Shown: positions 17,494 to 27,354 of the stretch, one piece after another
Layout: each line of letters opens with the position of its first letter
How positions within the stretch are numbered: position 1 is the first letter of the stretch
Origin: an uncultured Muribaculaceae bacterium
Lineage (GTDB): Bacteria > Bacillota_I > Bacilli_A > RF39 > UBA660
Reading direction: 5' to 3'
Length of the DNA stretch: 64,000 nt
Assembly (NCBI GenBank): GCA_964629735.1
Contig: CAZVQX010000003.1
Span: 6,387 to 70,386, forward strand
Notes under the pieces: generated by a model
Databases searched by the model: none
Told to the model about the DNA's origin: nothing
The model's input: only the letters and a program-made list of their open reading frames with translations
Translations under genes and position numbers: made by a program

Positions 17494-18528
17494 ATGAAGC
17501 ATGAAATCGATTTAGAAAAATATAGTATAAGAACAGATTTAGCGCTTGAAGCAATTGAGCCTTTTCAGTCAGAAAGCGGTATTGAAAGTTCGTTTGAAAA
17601 AAAAGAAGATGTTACAATTACAACTGTTACATTAGATAAATTAGGTGGTAAAAAAATTAATAAAAAAGAAGGAACATATATAACAATCGAGTTTGATGAT
17701 GTAACTGATTATAATAACCAACAAAAAGTAATGCGAATTTTTAGTAGTAAATTAAAAGAAATGTTAACAAAATTTAAACTAGAAAAGGATAGTTTAATAT
17801 TAGTAATAGGTTTAGGTAATGAAAAATCAACCCCTGATTCTTTAGGACCGTTAGTTGTCAATAAAGTTATTGTCACAAATCATCTTTATACTTTAGAGGG
17901 ATTAGAATCGGGTTTTAGTAGAGTATGTGCAATGAGTCCAGGAGTGATGGGGACAACAGGAATGGAGACTAGTGATTTAATAGCTAGTATTATAAAAACA
18001 TCTTCGGCGGATTTGGTTTTGGTAATTGATGCGCTGGCTAGTCAGTCAATCGAACGATTAAATAAAACAATACAAATGACAGATACTGGTATTCACCCAG
18101 GAAGTGGAATTGGTAATTATCGTAAAGAAATAAGTTTAGAGGTTATGGGGGTCCCAGTTATTGCCATAGGTGTACCGACAGTAGTAGATGCAGTTACAAT
18201 TGTTAGTGATACTTTTAATTATATGCACAAACATTTCTCATACTCAAAAAATAATATTAACAATCCAATTAACAAATTAATTCCAATTACCAAAATTAAT
18301 TATTTAGAAAAAAGTTATGATATACAAATGCAAGATAAGGAAAAATTGTTAGGAATGGTGGGGAGTTTGAATGAGAATGAGGTAAAACAATTAGTATTTG
18401 AAGTTTTGACGCCGATAGGATATAACTTGATAGTGACACCTAAAGAGGTTGACTTTGTAATGCTAAAATTAAGCGAAATAATTGCAACTGGAATTAATGG
18501 AGCACTTCATACAAATGTAAAAAATTAA
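17494..18528 (+). CDS. gpr: Germination protease (SASP-degrading)
   Basis: N-terminus KYSIRTDLALEAIE matches GPR. Synteny rpsT/gpr/spoIIP as in Bacillus. Confidence 0.88.
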   Translation: MKHEIDLEKYSIRTDLALEAIEPFQSESGIESSFEKKEDVTITTVTLDKLGGKKINKKEGTYITIEFDDVTDYNNQQKVMRIFSSKLKEMLTKFKLEKDSLILVIGLGNEKSTPDSLGPLVVNKVIVTNHLYTLEGLESGFSRVCAMSPGVMGTTGMETSDLIASIIKTSSADLVLVIDALASQSIERLNKTIQMTDTGIHPGSGIGNYRKEISLEVMGVPVIAIGVPTVVDAVTIVSDTFNYMHKHFSYSKNNINNPINKLIPITKINYLEKSYDIQMQDKEKLLGMVGSLNENEVKQLVFEVLTPIGYNLIVTPKEVDFVMLKLSEIIATGINGALHTNVKN

Positions 18529-18623
18529 AATAATGTCTAAAATTGCTATTCTTTTTTTCACTAATCGACATAATGTTTACACATATTAAAATATAATGTG
18601 AATATATTAAAACAGGTGAAATT

Positions 18624-19604
18624 ATGAAAAAAAGATTTAGGTACAAAAAAAAGATGAATTTTTTAAAATATATAATATATGTTTTTATAATATATTTTTC
18701 ATATATGGTAATTACAAATTATAAAAATTATAATCTTGCTAATAATAATGCAGACTTTTTAAAAGCTATTATTAATAACTCTAACTATCATATGAAGTAT
18801 GAGAGAAAAAACCAAAAAATCATTACCACTTTTTTGAATTTTTTAAATAATTTTGATGTTAATAAACCATTAACTGTTTTTGAAAGGGGTTTTCTATTAA
18901 GTGCTCGCGGTGAAAATAATGTTGATAAAAAAAATTTTGATTTTAATATTGAGCAATTAAATCGGTATGCAAAAGTAGTCAATCAAAGCGATATAAAATC
19001 GCCCAAAGTATATATTTATAATTCTCATCAACATGAAACATATAGTGATAAAGGTTTTGAAGATTACAATATAAGTCCGAATGTTGTAATGGCTTCATAT
19101 TTATTAAAGGATAAATTAGATAAATTAAATATTCCAACTGTTGTTGAAGAGGCAAATTTAATTGAATTTATGAGAATAAATAATTGGGAACATGATGATA
19201 GTTATAAAGCTAGCCGCTTTTATATAATTGATGCATTAAGTAAATATCCTAATCTTGAATTAATAATTGATCTGCATCGTGACTCATTAACTAAAGAACA
19301 AGCAACTGTAGCTATAGATAATAAAAACTTTGCTAGAACTTTGTTTGTAGTAGGTACAAATCATCAAAAAGGCCAGGAAAATGTTGAATTTGCAAACAAA
19401 ATTAATGATATTTTCAGTAAAAAATACCCAACTTTAAGCCGTGGGGTTTACAAAAAACATATTCGAGAAATTTATAATCAAGATTTAAGTTCAAAAATGA
19501 TCTTATTAGAGGTTGGAGGGCAACATAGTACAATTGATGAGGTTTTAAATACAGTTGAAGCTGTATCATTAATAATAAAGGATTTGATTAATAATGAAAC
19601 CTAA
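18624..19604 (+). CDS. spoIIP: Stage II sporulation protein P
   Basis: N-terminal TM, SpoIIP core (IYNSHQHETY..DLHRDS..FVVGTNHQ). Confidence 0.8.
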   Translation: MKKRFRYKKKMNFLKYIIYVFIIYFSYMVITNYKNYNLANNNADFLKAIINNSNYHMKYERKNQKIITTFLNFLNNFDVNKPLTVFERGFLLSARGENNVDKKNFDFNIEQLNRYAKVVNQSDIKSPKVYIYNSHQHETYSDKGFEDYNISPNVVMASYLLKDKLDKLNIPTVVEEANLIEFMRINNWEHDDSYKASRFYIIDALSKYPNLELIIDLHRDSLTKEQATVAIDNKNFARTLFVVGTNHQKGQENVEFANKINDIFSKKYPTLSRGVYKKHIREIYNQDLSSKMILLEVGGQHSTIDEVLNTVEAVSLIIKDLINNET

Positions 19605-19938
19605 ATATGAAAAAGTATATTTGAAATTTTTAAAATTTATATTTTTGATATTCACAATAACCTTCTTTGCCTTATATATTTCGCAATCCACAGGTTACTA
19701 TGAATATGACCAACATAAAAAAGTTGTTTTAACAGAAGAAAAGATAAAACAATTTGAAAAAGATATAAAAGAAGGAAAAAACCTTACTCTTGAAAACTAT
19801 TTGGAAAACAGATCAGAAAATTATCAAAACAATGTTTCTCAAACTGGCTATAATCTTTCCTCTACAATTGGTAAATATGTTAGGTTAGGTATTAAAGAAA
19901 CATTTAATCTCTTAAATAAAATTATAGATGATGATTAA
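19594..19938 (+). CDS. YqxA-like small membrane protein (by position after spoIIP)
   Basis: 114 aa with an N-terminal TM. B. subtilis yqxA follows spoIIP. Confidence 0.4.
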   Translation: MKPKYEKVYLKFLKFIFLIFTITFFALYISQSTGYYEYDQHKKVVLTEEKIKQFEKDIKEGKNLTLENYLENRSENYQNNVSQTGYNLSSTIGKYVRLGIKETFNLLNKIIDDD

Positions 19939-20144
19939 ATATTAAAACTATTTTGTAATGTGTTTAAAATATATTCTTTCCCATTATCTTCGCTATGATT
20001 CCATAATTGTTCAAAAAAAACCCCTAAACCTGGTAATGTGATTTCATTTTGTGCTTGAATGCTGTAAATAATGGATTCTTTTATTTCTTCTGTTTTAGAA
20101 TTTTTAAAATTTGCAATAATACTTTTTCTTATATCTATATTCAT
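19935..20144 (-). CDS. sspI: Small acid-soluble spore protein I-like
   Basis: 69 aa with LPGLGVFFEQLW, the core typical of the SspI family. Confidence 0.6.
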   Translation of the reverse strand: MNIDIRKSIIANFKNSKTEEIKESIIYSIQAQNEITLPGLGVFFEQLWNHSEDNGKEYILNTLQNSFNI

Positions 20145-20246
20145 AAAACACCTCTTTAACTATATTGTGTAAATAAAACTAAAAAATATACAAAATACTT
20201 TCTTTTTAAAAAAATATAATATATAATATAAATAGGAGGTATGTAT

Positions 20247-20795
20247 ATGGGTTGGATAATTTTAGGTGTTCTTATTGTTTTAATCTTAATATTTATTGTT
20301 AGTACATATAATGGCTTAGTAAAATTAAGAAATTTAGTAAAGGATCAATGGTCACAGGTAGATGTTCTATTAAAAAGAAGGGCTGATCTTATACCGAATA
20401 TTGTTGAAACGGTAAAAGGATATGCTGGTCATGAAAAAGAAACTTTAGAAGCTGTTATTAATGCTCGTAATAAGGCAGTTAGTTCAACAACAACTGAAGA
20501 TGAAATTAAGGCTAATGGTGAATTAACGCAAGCCCTAGGGCGTTTGTTTGCACTGACAGAAGCCTATCCAGAATTAAAGGCTAATGCTAATTTTACACAA
20601 TTACAAAACAGTTTAAAAGAAACAGAAGATAAAATAGCATATGCTAGACAATTTTATAACGATGCTGTTTTAGGATACAAAAATAAATTAGAGATGTTTC
20701 CATCAAATATTGTAGCATCAATGTTTAACTTTAAACCTGAAGCTTTCTTTGAAGCAACAGAAGCTGAAAAAGAAGCTCCACAAGTTAAATTTTAG
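20247..20795 (+). CDS. lemA: LemA family protein
   Basis: N-terminal TM plus a LemA domain. RBS AGGAGG. Confidence 0.9.
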   Translation: MGWIILGVLIVLILIFIVSTYNGLVKLRNLVKDQWSQVDVLLKRRADLIPNIVETVKGYAGHEKETLEAVINARNKAVSSTTTEDEIKANGELTQALGRLFALTEAYPELKANANFTQLQNSLKETEDKIAYARQFYNDAVLGYKNKLEMFPSNIVASMFNFKPEAFFEATEAEKEAPQVKF

Positions 20796-20837
20796 GCTTA
20801 CAGTTGTAAGTCTTTTTTTACAAGGGAGTGAGATATA

Positions 20838-22772
20838 TTGAAAAAAATTATAAAAAAATTTCTTTTATTATTTTTAATTTCAATACCTTTAAACATAAAT
20901 GCTCAATTTGAGGGAATTAGTAATTACTATATTGAGACAACTGTTTTAGATAATGGAGATTTAAAAGTCAAAGAAATGTTTGTTTTAGAGGGGGATTTTA
21001 ACGGTTATGAAAGAGTAATAAATTTTAAAAACCTTAATGCAAAGATCTTTGATGGTAGCAATGAATCATTTAATGGGAATCATCTTCATAATGGTGATAG
21101 CATTAATGTATTAAATGTTAAAAGTATTGCTATTGATAATAATGTCAATTTTAAGTATTTATACAAAGATGGTGATGAGTTTACTAAGCATTATCCTAAT
21201 ACAGTTAATAAGGGTGAATATCAAAAATATATAGAAGAGGAGACTGCCGAAGGTGTTAAATTAAAAATATTTAATCCTAGTACTTTTAATAAACGCGGTT
21301 TCTATATTGAATATATTTTAAAAAATATGGCTATTCTTCATAATGATGTTGGTGAAGTTGGCTGGAATCTTTTTAGCAATTTACAACAAGAACCGATAAA
21401 AAAAATAGAGATGTATATTAATATACCACATAATCAGGATGAAGTTCGGGTTTGGGGGCATGGGCCTCTAAATGGTGAAGTTGACATTATTAATAAAAAC
21501 AAATTAAAGTATACATTAACTGATTTGCCATCACAAACGGCGATAGATATTCGTTTTGTTTTTGATAAAGATGTTATTGTTAATTCTAATAAGAAAAGTA
21601 ATGCTGAAGCGTTAGAAAAAATTATTCATGTTGAAACAGTTAAAGCTGATAAAGCTAACGAAGAACGTGAAGAAGCATTAAAAACAATTACTCGTCAAAT
21701 TAAAATTTCAAACATCGCCCGTATGATGTGGTTTATAGGTCTAATAGCTATTGTATATCATGTATATAAAAAATATGATAAAGAATACGATAGTGATTTT
21801 AAAACTAAATATTTTAGGGATTTTCCAAATGACTATAATCCGCCAATGGTTAGTTATTTAATGAATAAAAAAATTGGTACTAAAGAAATGTCTGCTACTA
21901 TTTTAAATTTTGTTGCTAATAAAAAAATTAAATATGAAGAGATTAAAAAAAATAAATTTGAATTTATTAAAAATATTAATGATGAAGAATTTGAAAATTT
22001 AAGTGAGTCAGAGCAAGCTTTAGTTACGATGTTGTTTAATAATATTGGTGATGGAACTAGAGTTTCAATCGACGATATAAATAAAACAGCTAAGAGAAAT
22101 TATAATAAATTTTTAAATGACTATAATCGCTGGAAAGATTTAACTATTTTAGAAGCAAAAAAAGAAGCTCTGTACGAAAAAAATAGTGGTATCAAAACTT
22201 TAACTATTATATATATATTATTAGGGTTAACATTTCACTTTAAATTGCCAAAATATGATTTTTTTGCAAATGTTGGTGTATTATATCAATTATTTTATAT
22301 TTTAATTGTATTATGTTCAGCAGCATCTTTGATTTATGTAATTTCGTTTACAAAGAGAACTAAGAAAGGGAATGAGTATTATCGAAGATGGAATGGTTTG
22401 AAAAATTTCTTAAATGATTTTGGAAAATTTGAAGCAAGAGATTTGCCACATATTGAATTGTGGGAAAAATATTTAGTATATGCTGTAGTTTTTGGTGTTG
22501 CTAAAAAATTATCAAAAACTATGGAAATTAAATTTAAAGAAATGCCAAAAGATAATTATACAGCTAGTGATTATATATTTGATACTTATTATTGGAGAAA
22601 TCTCAATAGAATTAATGAGTCAATTTCAACAGGGGTTTCTAATGCTGTTAATACCGCCCTTTCAACCAAAACATTAAGTGAGACCCGAACATCATCGGGT
22701 GGTGGTTTAGGTGGTGGATTCTCAGGCGGTGGTGGTTCATTTGGTGGCGGTGGCGGTGGCGGTCGCTTTTAG
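20838..22772 (+). CDS. DUF2207-family membrane protein with a Gly-rich C-terminal tail
   Basis: TTG start. Signal peptide, extracellular domain, two TMs and a GGGLGGGFSGGGGSFGGGGGGG tail. LemA/DUF2207 are commonly found as a pair. Confidence 0.8.
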   Translation: MKKIIKKFLLLFLISIPLNINAQFEGISNYYIETTVLDNGDLKVKEMFVLEGDFNGYERVINFKNLNAKIFDGSNESFNGNHLHNGDSINVLNVKSIAIDNNVNFKYLYKDGDEFTKHYPNTVNKGEYQKYIEEETAEGVKLKIFNPSTFNKRGFYIEYILKNMAILHNDVGEVGWNLFSNLQQEPIKKIEMYINIPHNQDEVRVWGHGPLNGEVDIINKNKLKYTLTDLPSQTAIDIRFVFDKDVIVNSNKKSNAEALEKIIHVETVKADKANEEREEALKTITRQIKISNIARMMWFIGLIAIVYHVYKKYDKEYDSDFKTKYFRDFPNDYNPPMVSYLMNKKIGTKEMSATILNFVANKKIKYEEIKKNKFEFIKNINDEEFENLSESEQALVTMLFNNIGDGTRVSIDDINKTAKRNYNKFLNDYNRWKDLTILEAKKEALYEKNSGIKTLTIIYILLGLTFHFKLPKYDFFANVGVLYQLFYILIVLCSAASLIYVISFTKRTKKGNEYYRRWNGLKNFLNDFGKFEARDLPHIELWEKYLVYAVVFGVAKKLSKTMEIKFKEMPKDNYTASDYIFDTYYWRNLNRINESISTGVSNAVNTALSTKTLSETRTSSGGGLGGGFSGGGGSFGGGGGGGRF

Positions 22773-22819
22773 AATAATTATAATGGAAAAAAAGATATTG
22801 GTTATCAATCAATATCTTT

Positions 22820-23149
22820 TTATATTATTTGAAAGTCTGAATTGTTAAAATTGTTTTTATAAGGTTGTTTTGTTGTATTCATCATATTTTCTAAACTATT
22901 AATACGCCTTTCAATATTTTCAAGACGACGATTTAGATTATTAACTTCTTGTTGTAACATATATAATTGATCATTTTTGGCAATAGACTGACTTGTTGTT
23001 TGTGGCCCCATCATCTGTTGCCCGGGCATCATTGTTTGTGGCCCCATCATCGGTTGCCCGGTTATCATTGGCTGCGTTCCCATCATCGGTTGCCCCATTC
23101 CTTGATATATTGGATATGGTGGCATTCCATAGTTTCGATCATTTTTCAA
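22820..23149 (-). CDS. Met/Gln/Pro-rich repeat protein with a C-terminal coiled coil
   Basis: Four or five GQPMMG(P/T)Q(T/P)M repeats followed by a heptad region NNLNRRLENIERRINSLEN. Confidence 0.45.
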   Translation of the reverse strand: MKNDRNYGMPPYPIYQGMGQPMMGTQPMITGQPMMGPQTMMPGQQMMGPQTTSQSIAKNDQLYMLQQEVNNLNRRLENIERRINSLENMMNTTKQPYKNNFNNSDFQII

Positions 23150-23262
23150 GTAAACTCACTCCTTTATACTTCCATTATATATATATGCTTTTTTTGTTAA
23201 GATGTGCTTATAACTATTTATCAATTTTTAAATTCATGATATAATTACAATGAGGGGATGAA

Positions 23263-23901
23263 ATGAGACTTCGTAGAGTAAAAAATGCTGAAAAAATAAT
23301 AAATGATAATAAATATGTTGTTAAAGATCCGCTATTATATTGCGGGGAGTATAAACAATTGTTTGCTAATAATAATCCAATAAGATTAGAAATAGGTATG
23401 GGAAAAGGTCAATTTTTAATTAATATGGCAATAAAATATCCGAATATTAATTTCATTGGAATTGAAAAACAAGCAAGTGTTTTAGTTCGCGCTGTTGAAA
23501 AAGTAGAAAATTTAGAGTTAAATAATTTATTATTTATTAATAGTGATGCGAATAAAATTAATGAGATTTTTGTTAAAGAAATTGAATTAATTTATTTGAA
23601 TTTTTCAGATCCATGGCCTAAAAAGAAGCACGCTAAGAGACGATTAACTAGCATAAATTTTTTAAAAAAATATGATAATATCTTTTTAGAAGATAAAATT
23701 ATTATTATGAAAACTGATAATCGTCATTTGTTTGAGGGTTCTATTGTTAGTTTAAATAATTATGAATATTTAATTGAAGAAATTTGTTTAGATTTACATC
23801 AGGATCAAGATATCAATAATATTATGACTGAATATGAAGAAAAATTTATAAGTCTTGGTTTTCCTATATACAAATTAGTAGCTAAAAAGACAAAATCTTG
23901 A
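23263..23901 (+). CDS. trmB: tRNA (guanine-N7)-methyltransferase
   Basis: IGMGKGQFL SAM motif and FSDPWPKKKH. Confidence 0.92.
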   Translation: MRLRRVKNAEKIINDNKYVVKDPLLYCGEYKQLFANNNPIRLEIGMGKGQFLINMAIKYPNINFIGIEKQASVLVRAVEKVENLELNNLLFINSDANKINEIFVKEIELIYLNFSDPWPKKKHAKRRLTSINFLKKYDNIFLEDKIIIMKTDNRHLFEGSIVSLNNYEYLIEEICLDLHQDQDINNIMTEYEEKFISLGFPIYKLVAKKTKS

Positions 23902-23968
23902 CAGATTATAATTTAATAAATTTAAACTTTTGAAAATATGGTGTATAATATAGATAGAGTGGTGTAAA

Positions 23969-24580
23969 ATGAAAAAAATAGTTATCATGTTTATGCTATT
24001 GTTTTTAGTAACAGGTTGTACTGTTGTTAGAATAGATACAAAAGATATTGATAATATCATTAGTGTTGTGTTATCGAAAGATAACAAGCTATTTAATCGA
24101 GTAGGAAAGGGTTATAAATATTATATTCCACGTGGTGTTAATTATATTGACACTAATGAATTAAATGACAAACTATATTCTAATGGTAATTATTATTATT
24201 TATATGTTGATGTTATAAGTTATTATTATGAAAAGGAAAATAATTATCAAATAAATAAAGATTCTTTTTATTCAAAAGCAATTGATGTTAAGGGGAAAAA
24301 AGGATATTTAGAAATTAATAAAGTAAAAAACAAATATTTTATTGAATTTATGTATAATTATGCTAAAATAGAAGCACTAGTAGATAAAAAAGATATTGAG
24401 AAGGTTGTTTTAGATTCTTCGTATATTTTATCAACTATTAAATTTAATAATAACGTTGTTAAATTGATGTTAAATAATGGCTATTTTATAAATAAAGAGG
24501 AAAAATACGATATTTTCACCTCTAAAAAGCCAAATGATAATTTTTTACCGTATGATGATAGTGAAAATATTGATGAATGA
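23969..24580 (+). CDS. Lipoprotein, hypothetical
   Basis: Lipobox LVTGC after a signal peptide. Confidence 0.6.
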   Translation: MKKIVIMFMLLFLVTGCTVVRIDTKDIDNIISVVLSKDNKLFNRVGKGYKYYIPRGVNYIDTNELNDKLYSNGNYYYLYVDVISYYYEKENNYQINKDSFYSKAIDVKGKKGYLEINKVKNKYFIEFMYNYAKIEALVDKKDIEKVVLDSSYILSTIKFNNNVVKLMLNNGYFINKEEKYDIFTSKKPNDNFLPYDDSENIDE

Positions 24581-24590
24581 GGTGGATTAA

Positions 24591-25310
24591 ATGGGTTTTT
24601 TTGATAAAATTAAAAATTTATTTACTGATGAACCAGAAGAGCCAATAAAAAAAGAATTTATTCCAGTTGAAATTGCTTCCCCTAAAATAGAAGAATCTAA
24701 AACTGACATAAATATAAGTGATTCAACAGTTATTCAAAAGGTTGAAAAAATACAATCACCTGTGTTTTTTAGTGATAAAGATTTTGAGGATCTTAATAAT
24801 AGATCTTTTCATCGTCATAGTCGGATGGATTTTCCAAAAGACAAAAAAGAAGAAAAAAAGGAAGAAACTCGTGTTTTTAAACCATCTCCGATTATCTCGC
24901 CAGTATATGGTGTTTTAGATAAAAATTATCGTAAAGATGATATTATAAAGAATAAACCTATCAATATAAATAATTCACAAGTGACAAAAGAAATATCAAT
25001 TGATGATGTTCGTAAAAAGGCATATGGAACTTTAGAAGAAGAATTAGAAAAAGAAATGTTTGGTGGCACTTCAATGTTGTTTAAGGAAGATTTAATTATT
25101 GAGGAAGAGCCTGATTTGTTTGAAGAGCTGAAGAATAAAGATGAAATATTAATCCATAATATAGATGAAATAAATGAAGATAGTATTGATACGTTCGTTG
25201 AGGATGAAATAGTAAATATGTTTGATAATGATGACGATCAATTAACGGAAGGTGATTTATTTGATTTAGTTAATTCGATGTATGAAAAAGGAGATGAAAT
25301 AAATGAATAA
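24591..25310 (+). CDS. Acidic hypothetical protein
   Basis: N-terminal MGFFDKIKNLF, an SPIISPVYG motif and a Glu/Asp-rich C-terminus. Confidence 0.45.
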   Translation: MGFFDKIKNLFTDEPEEPIKKEFIPVEIASPKIEESKTDINISDSTVIQKVEKIQSPVFFSDKDFEDLNNRSFHRHSRMDFPKDKKEEKKEETRVFKPSPIISPVYGVLDKNYRKDDIIKNKPININNSQVTKEISIDDVRKKAYGTLEEELEKEMFGGTSMLFKEDLIIEEEPDLFEELKNKDEILIHNIDEINEDSIDTFVEDEIVNMFDNDDDQLTEGDLFDLVNSMYEKGDEINE

Positions 25311-25605
25311 TTGTGTTAATGGTGTTAATAGTGTTTTTCCTAGCATAATCTATATATTATTAGCAATATTATTAGTAGTATTGATTATACTAGTATTAAG
25401 ATTAATTAAGACTTTAGGGAAAGTTGATCGGGTAGTTGAAGACGTTAATTATAAAGTCAATAAATTAAATGGTGTTTTTGAAATAATTGATACAACAACA
25501 GATGCCTTTGTATCATTTAATGATCGAATAGTTAATTTTTTAACTAATGGTATTGTTAAAATTTTTAAAAAAAACAAAAAGAAAGAGAGGAAATATGATG
25601 AGTAA
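25303..25605 (+). CDS. DUF948 (YtxG-like) membrane protein
   Basis: N-terminal TM followed by a helical domain. Precedes a YtxH-like gene. Confidence 0.55.
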   Translation: MNNCVNGVNSVFPSIIYILLAILLVVLIILVLRLIKTLGKVDRVVEDVNYKVNKLNGVFEIIDTTTDAFVSFNDRIVNFLTNGIVKIFKKNKKKERKYDE

Positions 25606-26014
25606 AAAGAAAAAAGGATTTTGTAGATTTTTAACTGGCATGTTTGTAGGAGCAGGTCTTGGTGTTCTATTTGCACCTAAAAAAGGTAGTGAAACAAGAA
25701 AAGAATTAAAAATGAAATTTGATGAGTTTATGGATGAGATAAAGCAAATAGATGTTGATGAAGTACGCGAAAATATCGAAACTAAAATTTTTGAAATAAA
25801 GATGGAATTAGAAGATTTAGACAAAGAAAAGATTTTAAAAATTGCCAAGAAAAAAGCAAATGACATTAAAAATATGACAGAAGATTTAGTTGAATATGCA
25901 GTAGAAAAAGGAACTCCAGTTTTAGAAGATATGGCTAACTCTATTCGTGAAAAAGCTATTCAAGTTACAAAAGAAGTACTAGAAAAATTAGAAACAAATG
26001 AAAAAGAAGCTTAA
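25595..26014 (+). CDS. YtxH-like protein
   Basis: Hydrophobic N-terminus FLTGMFVGAGLGVLFAPKKG followed by a coiled coil. RBS GAGAGG. Confidence 0.55.
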   Translation: MMSKKKKGFCRFLTGMFVGAGLGVLFAPKKGSETRKELKMKFDEFMDEIKQIDVDEVRENIETKIFEIKMELEDLDKEKILKIAKKKANDIKNMTEDLVEYAVEKGTPVLEDMANSIREKAIQVTKEVLEKLETNEKEA

Positions 26015-26026
26015 TTGCTTCTTTTT

Positions 26027-26536
26027 TTATAAATAAAACTCATTAATGTTTGTTGTGAAATAATCACTATTGTTGGTTATTTCATATATTTTTTTAAAAT
26101 TTTCAATAATCAATTTGTCGTTCTCATAATTATTAATAATATCTGATAGTGAAATAATACCTTTAACCTTTTTATTATTAGTTACAATTAACCTTTTTAT
26201 TTTTTTCTCTCCCATCAATTTAATAGCATCTTCAATTTTTTTATTTATATCAATATTTATTATATTTTTTGTAATATAACTTTTTATTGAATTGCTACTT
26301 GTTTCATTATTGCTTAAACAATTAATAACAATATCACGGTCGGTAATTACTCCAACTATTTTATTATTTTCAACAATAGGAATAAAACCAATATTATAGT
26401 CTTGCATTAATTTACTAATTTCAAAAATGTTATTATTAATATTTCCTACAATAATATTTTTAGTCATTATATTTTCTAGCATCATATTATCACCCTTAAT
26501 ATTGTTCTCTAAAAATAAATTACTATACATATTCAT
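26027..26536 (-). CDS. CBS domain pair protein
   Basis: Two CBS domains (GFIPIVENNKIVGVITDRD and KRLIVTNNKKVKGIISLSD). Confidence 0.8.
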   Translation of the reverse strand: MNMYSNLFLENNIKGDNMMLENIMTKNIIVGNINNNIFEISKLMQDYNIGFIPIVENNKIVGVITDRDIVINCLSNNETSSNSIKSYITKNIINIDINKKIEDAIKLMGEKKIKRLIVTNNKKVKGIISLSDIINNYENDKLIIENFKKIYEITNNSDYFTTNINEFYL

Positions 26537-26556
26537 ATAATTTTATAGGTGGTATT

Positions 26557-27309
26557 ATGAGAAAAATAAGATTAAGAAAAAAATACAAAATGAAAAAAAG
26601 TAATATAATAATAATAATAATAACTTTATTAATCATAACTATTTTTTATACTTTTAAATATTTAAATAATATTGTAAGTCCGATTTTAATTAATTATGCT
26701 GAAGTTGAAATAAAACGATTTTCAAATTTAATTGTTAATAAAGCTATTAGTAATTATATTAATGATGATATTAATGTTGACAATTTATTTATTATAACAA
26801 GGGATGGCCAAGATGAAATAAAAACAATTGATTTTAATCCTATTATAGTAAATAAATTATTAACAACAATTACTGATTCAGTTCATGTTAATTTAAAAAA
26901 TATTATAAGAGGGAATGTTGATAAAATCGATATAATTGATGATTTAGCAGATTATGATGAAAAAAAATTAAAAGATGGTATTATTTTTGAAATACCAGCC
27001 GGTGTTGTTTTCAAAAATCCACTCTTATCTAATATCGGCCCTAAAATACCAGTCCGTTTAAATTTAAATGGCGAAGTAATTAGTAATATAAACACAAAAG
27101 TAACAAATTATGGAATTAATAATGCTTTAATGGAAGTAAGTGTTAACATTGAATTAAGTGAGCAAGTAATCCTTCCTTTTTTATCAAAAAAAATTGATTA
27201 TAATTTAAATGTTCCAATTGCCATTAAAATGATTCAAGGAACGGTCCCTAATTATTTCTTTAATGGGATAACGAAAAGTTCACCAAATATCTCTCTTCCT
27301 ATAGAATAA
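26557..27309 (+). CDS. yunB: Sporulation protein YunB-like
   Basis: N-terminal TM; family-level resemblance to YunB only. Confidence 0.5.
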   Translation: MRKIRLRKKYKMKKSNIIIIIITLLIITIFYTFKYLNNIVSPILINYAEVEIKRFSNLIVNKAISNYINDDINVDNLFIITRDGQDEIKTIDFNPIIVNKLLTTITDSVHVNLKNIIRGNVDKIDIIDDLADYDEKKLKDGIIFEIPAGVVFKNPLLSNIGPKIPVRLNLNGEVISNINTKVTNYGINNALMEVSVNIELSEQVILPFLSKKIDYNLNVPIAIKMIQGTVPNYFFNGITKSSPNISLPIE

Positions 27310-27354
27310 TAGCAATAAATATGTTATACTAATCGAGTAAAAGGTGATAAAAAT

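Noticed and set aside
22681-22772. Gly-rich tail of the DUF2207 protein as a separate glycine-rich gene or repeat element
   Set aside because: It is in-frame and continuous with the upstream ORF. The region is a GGT/GGC codon run, not a DNA repeat element.
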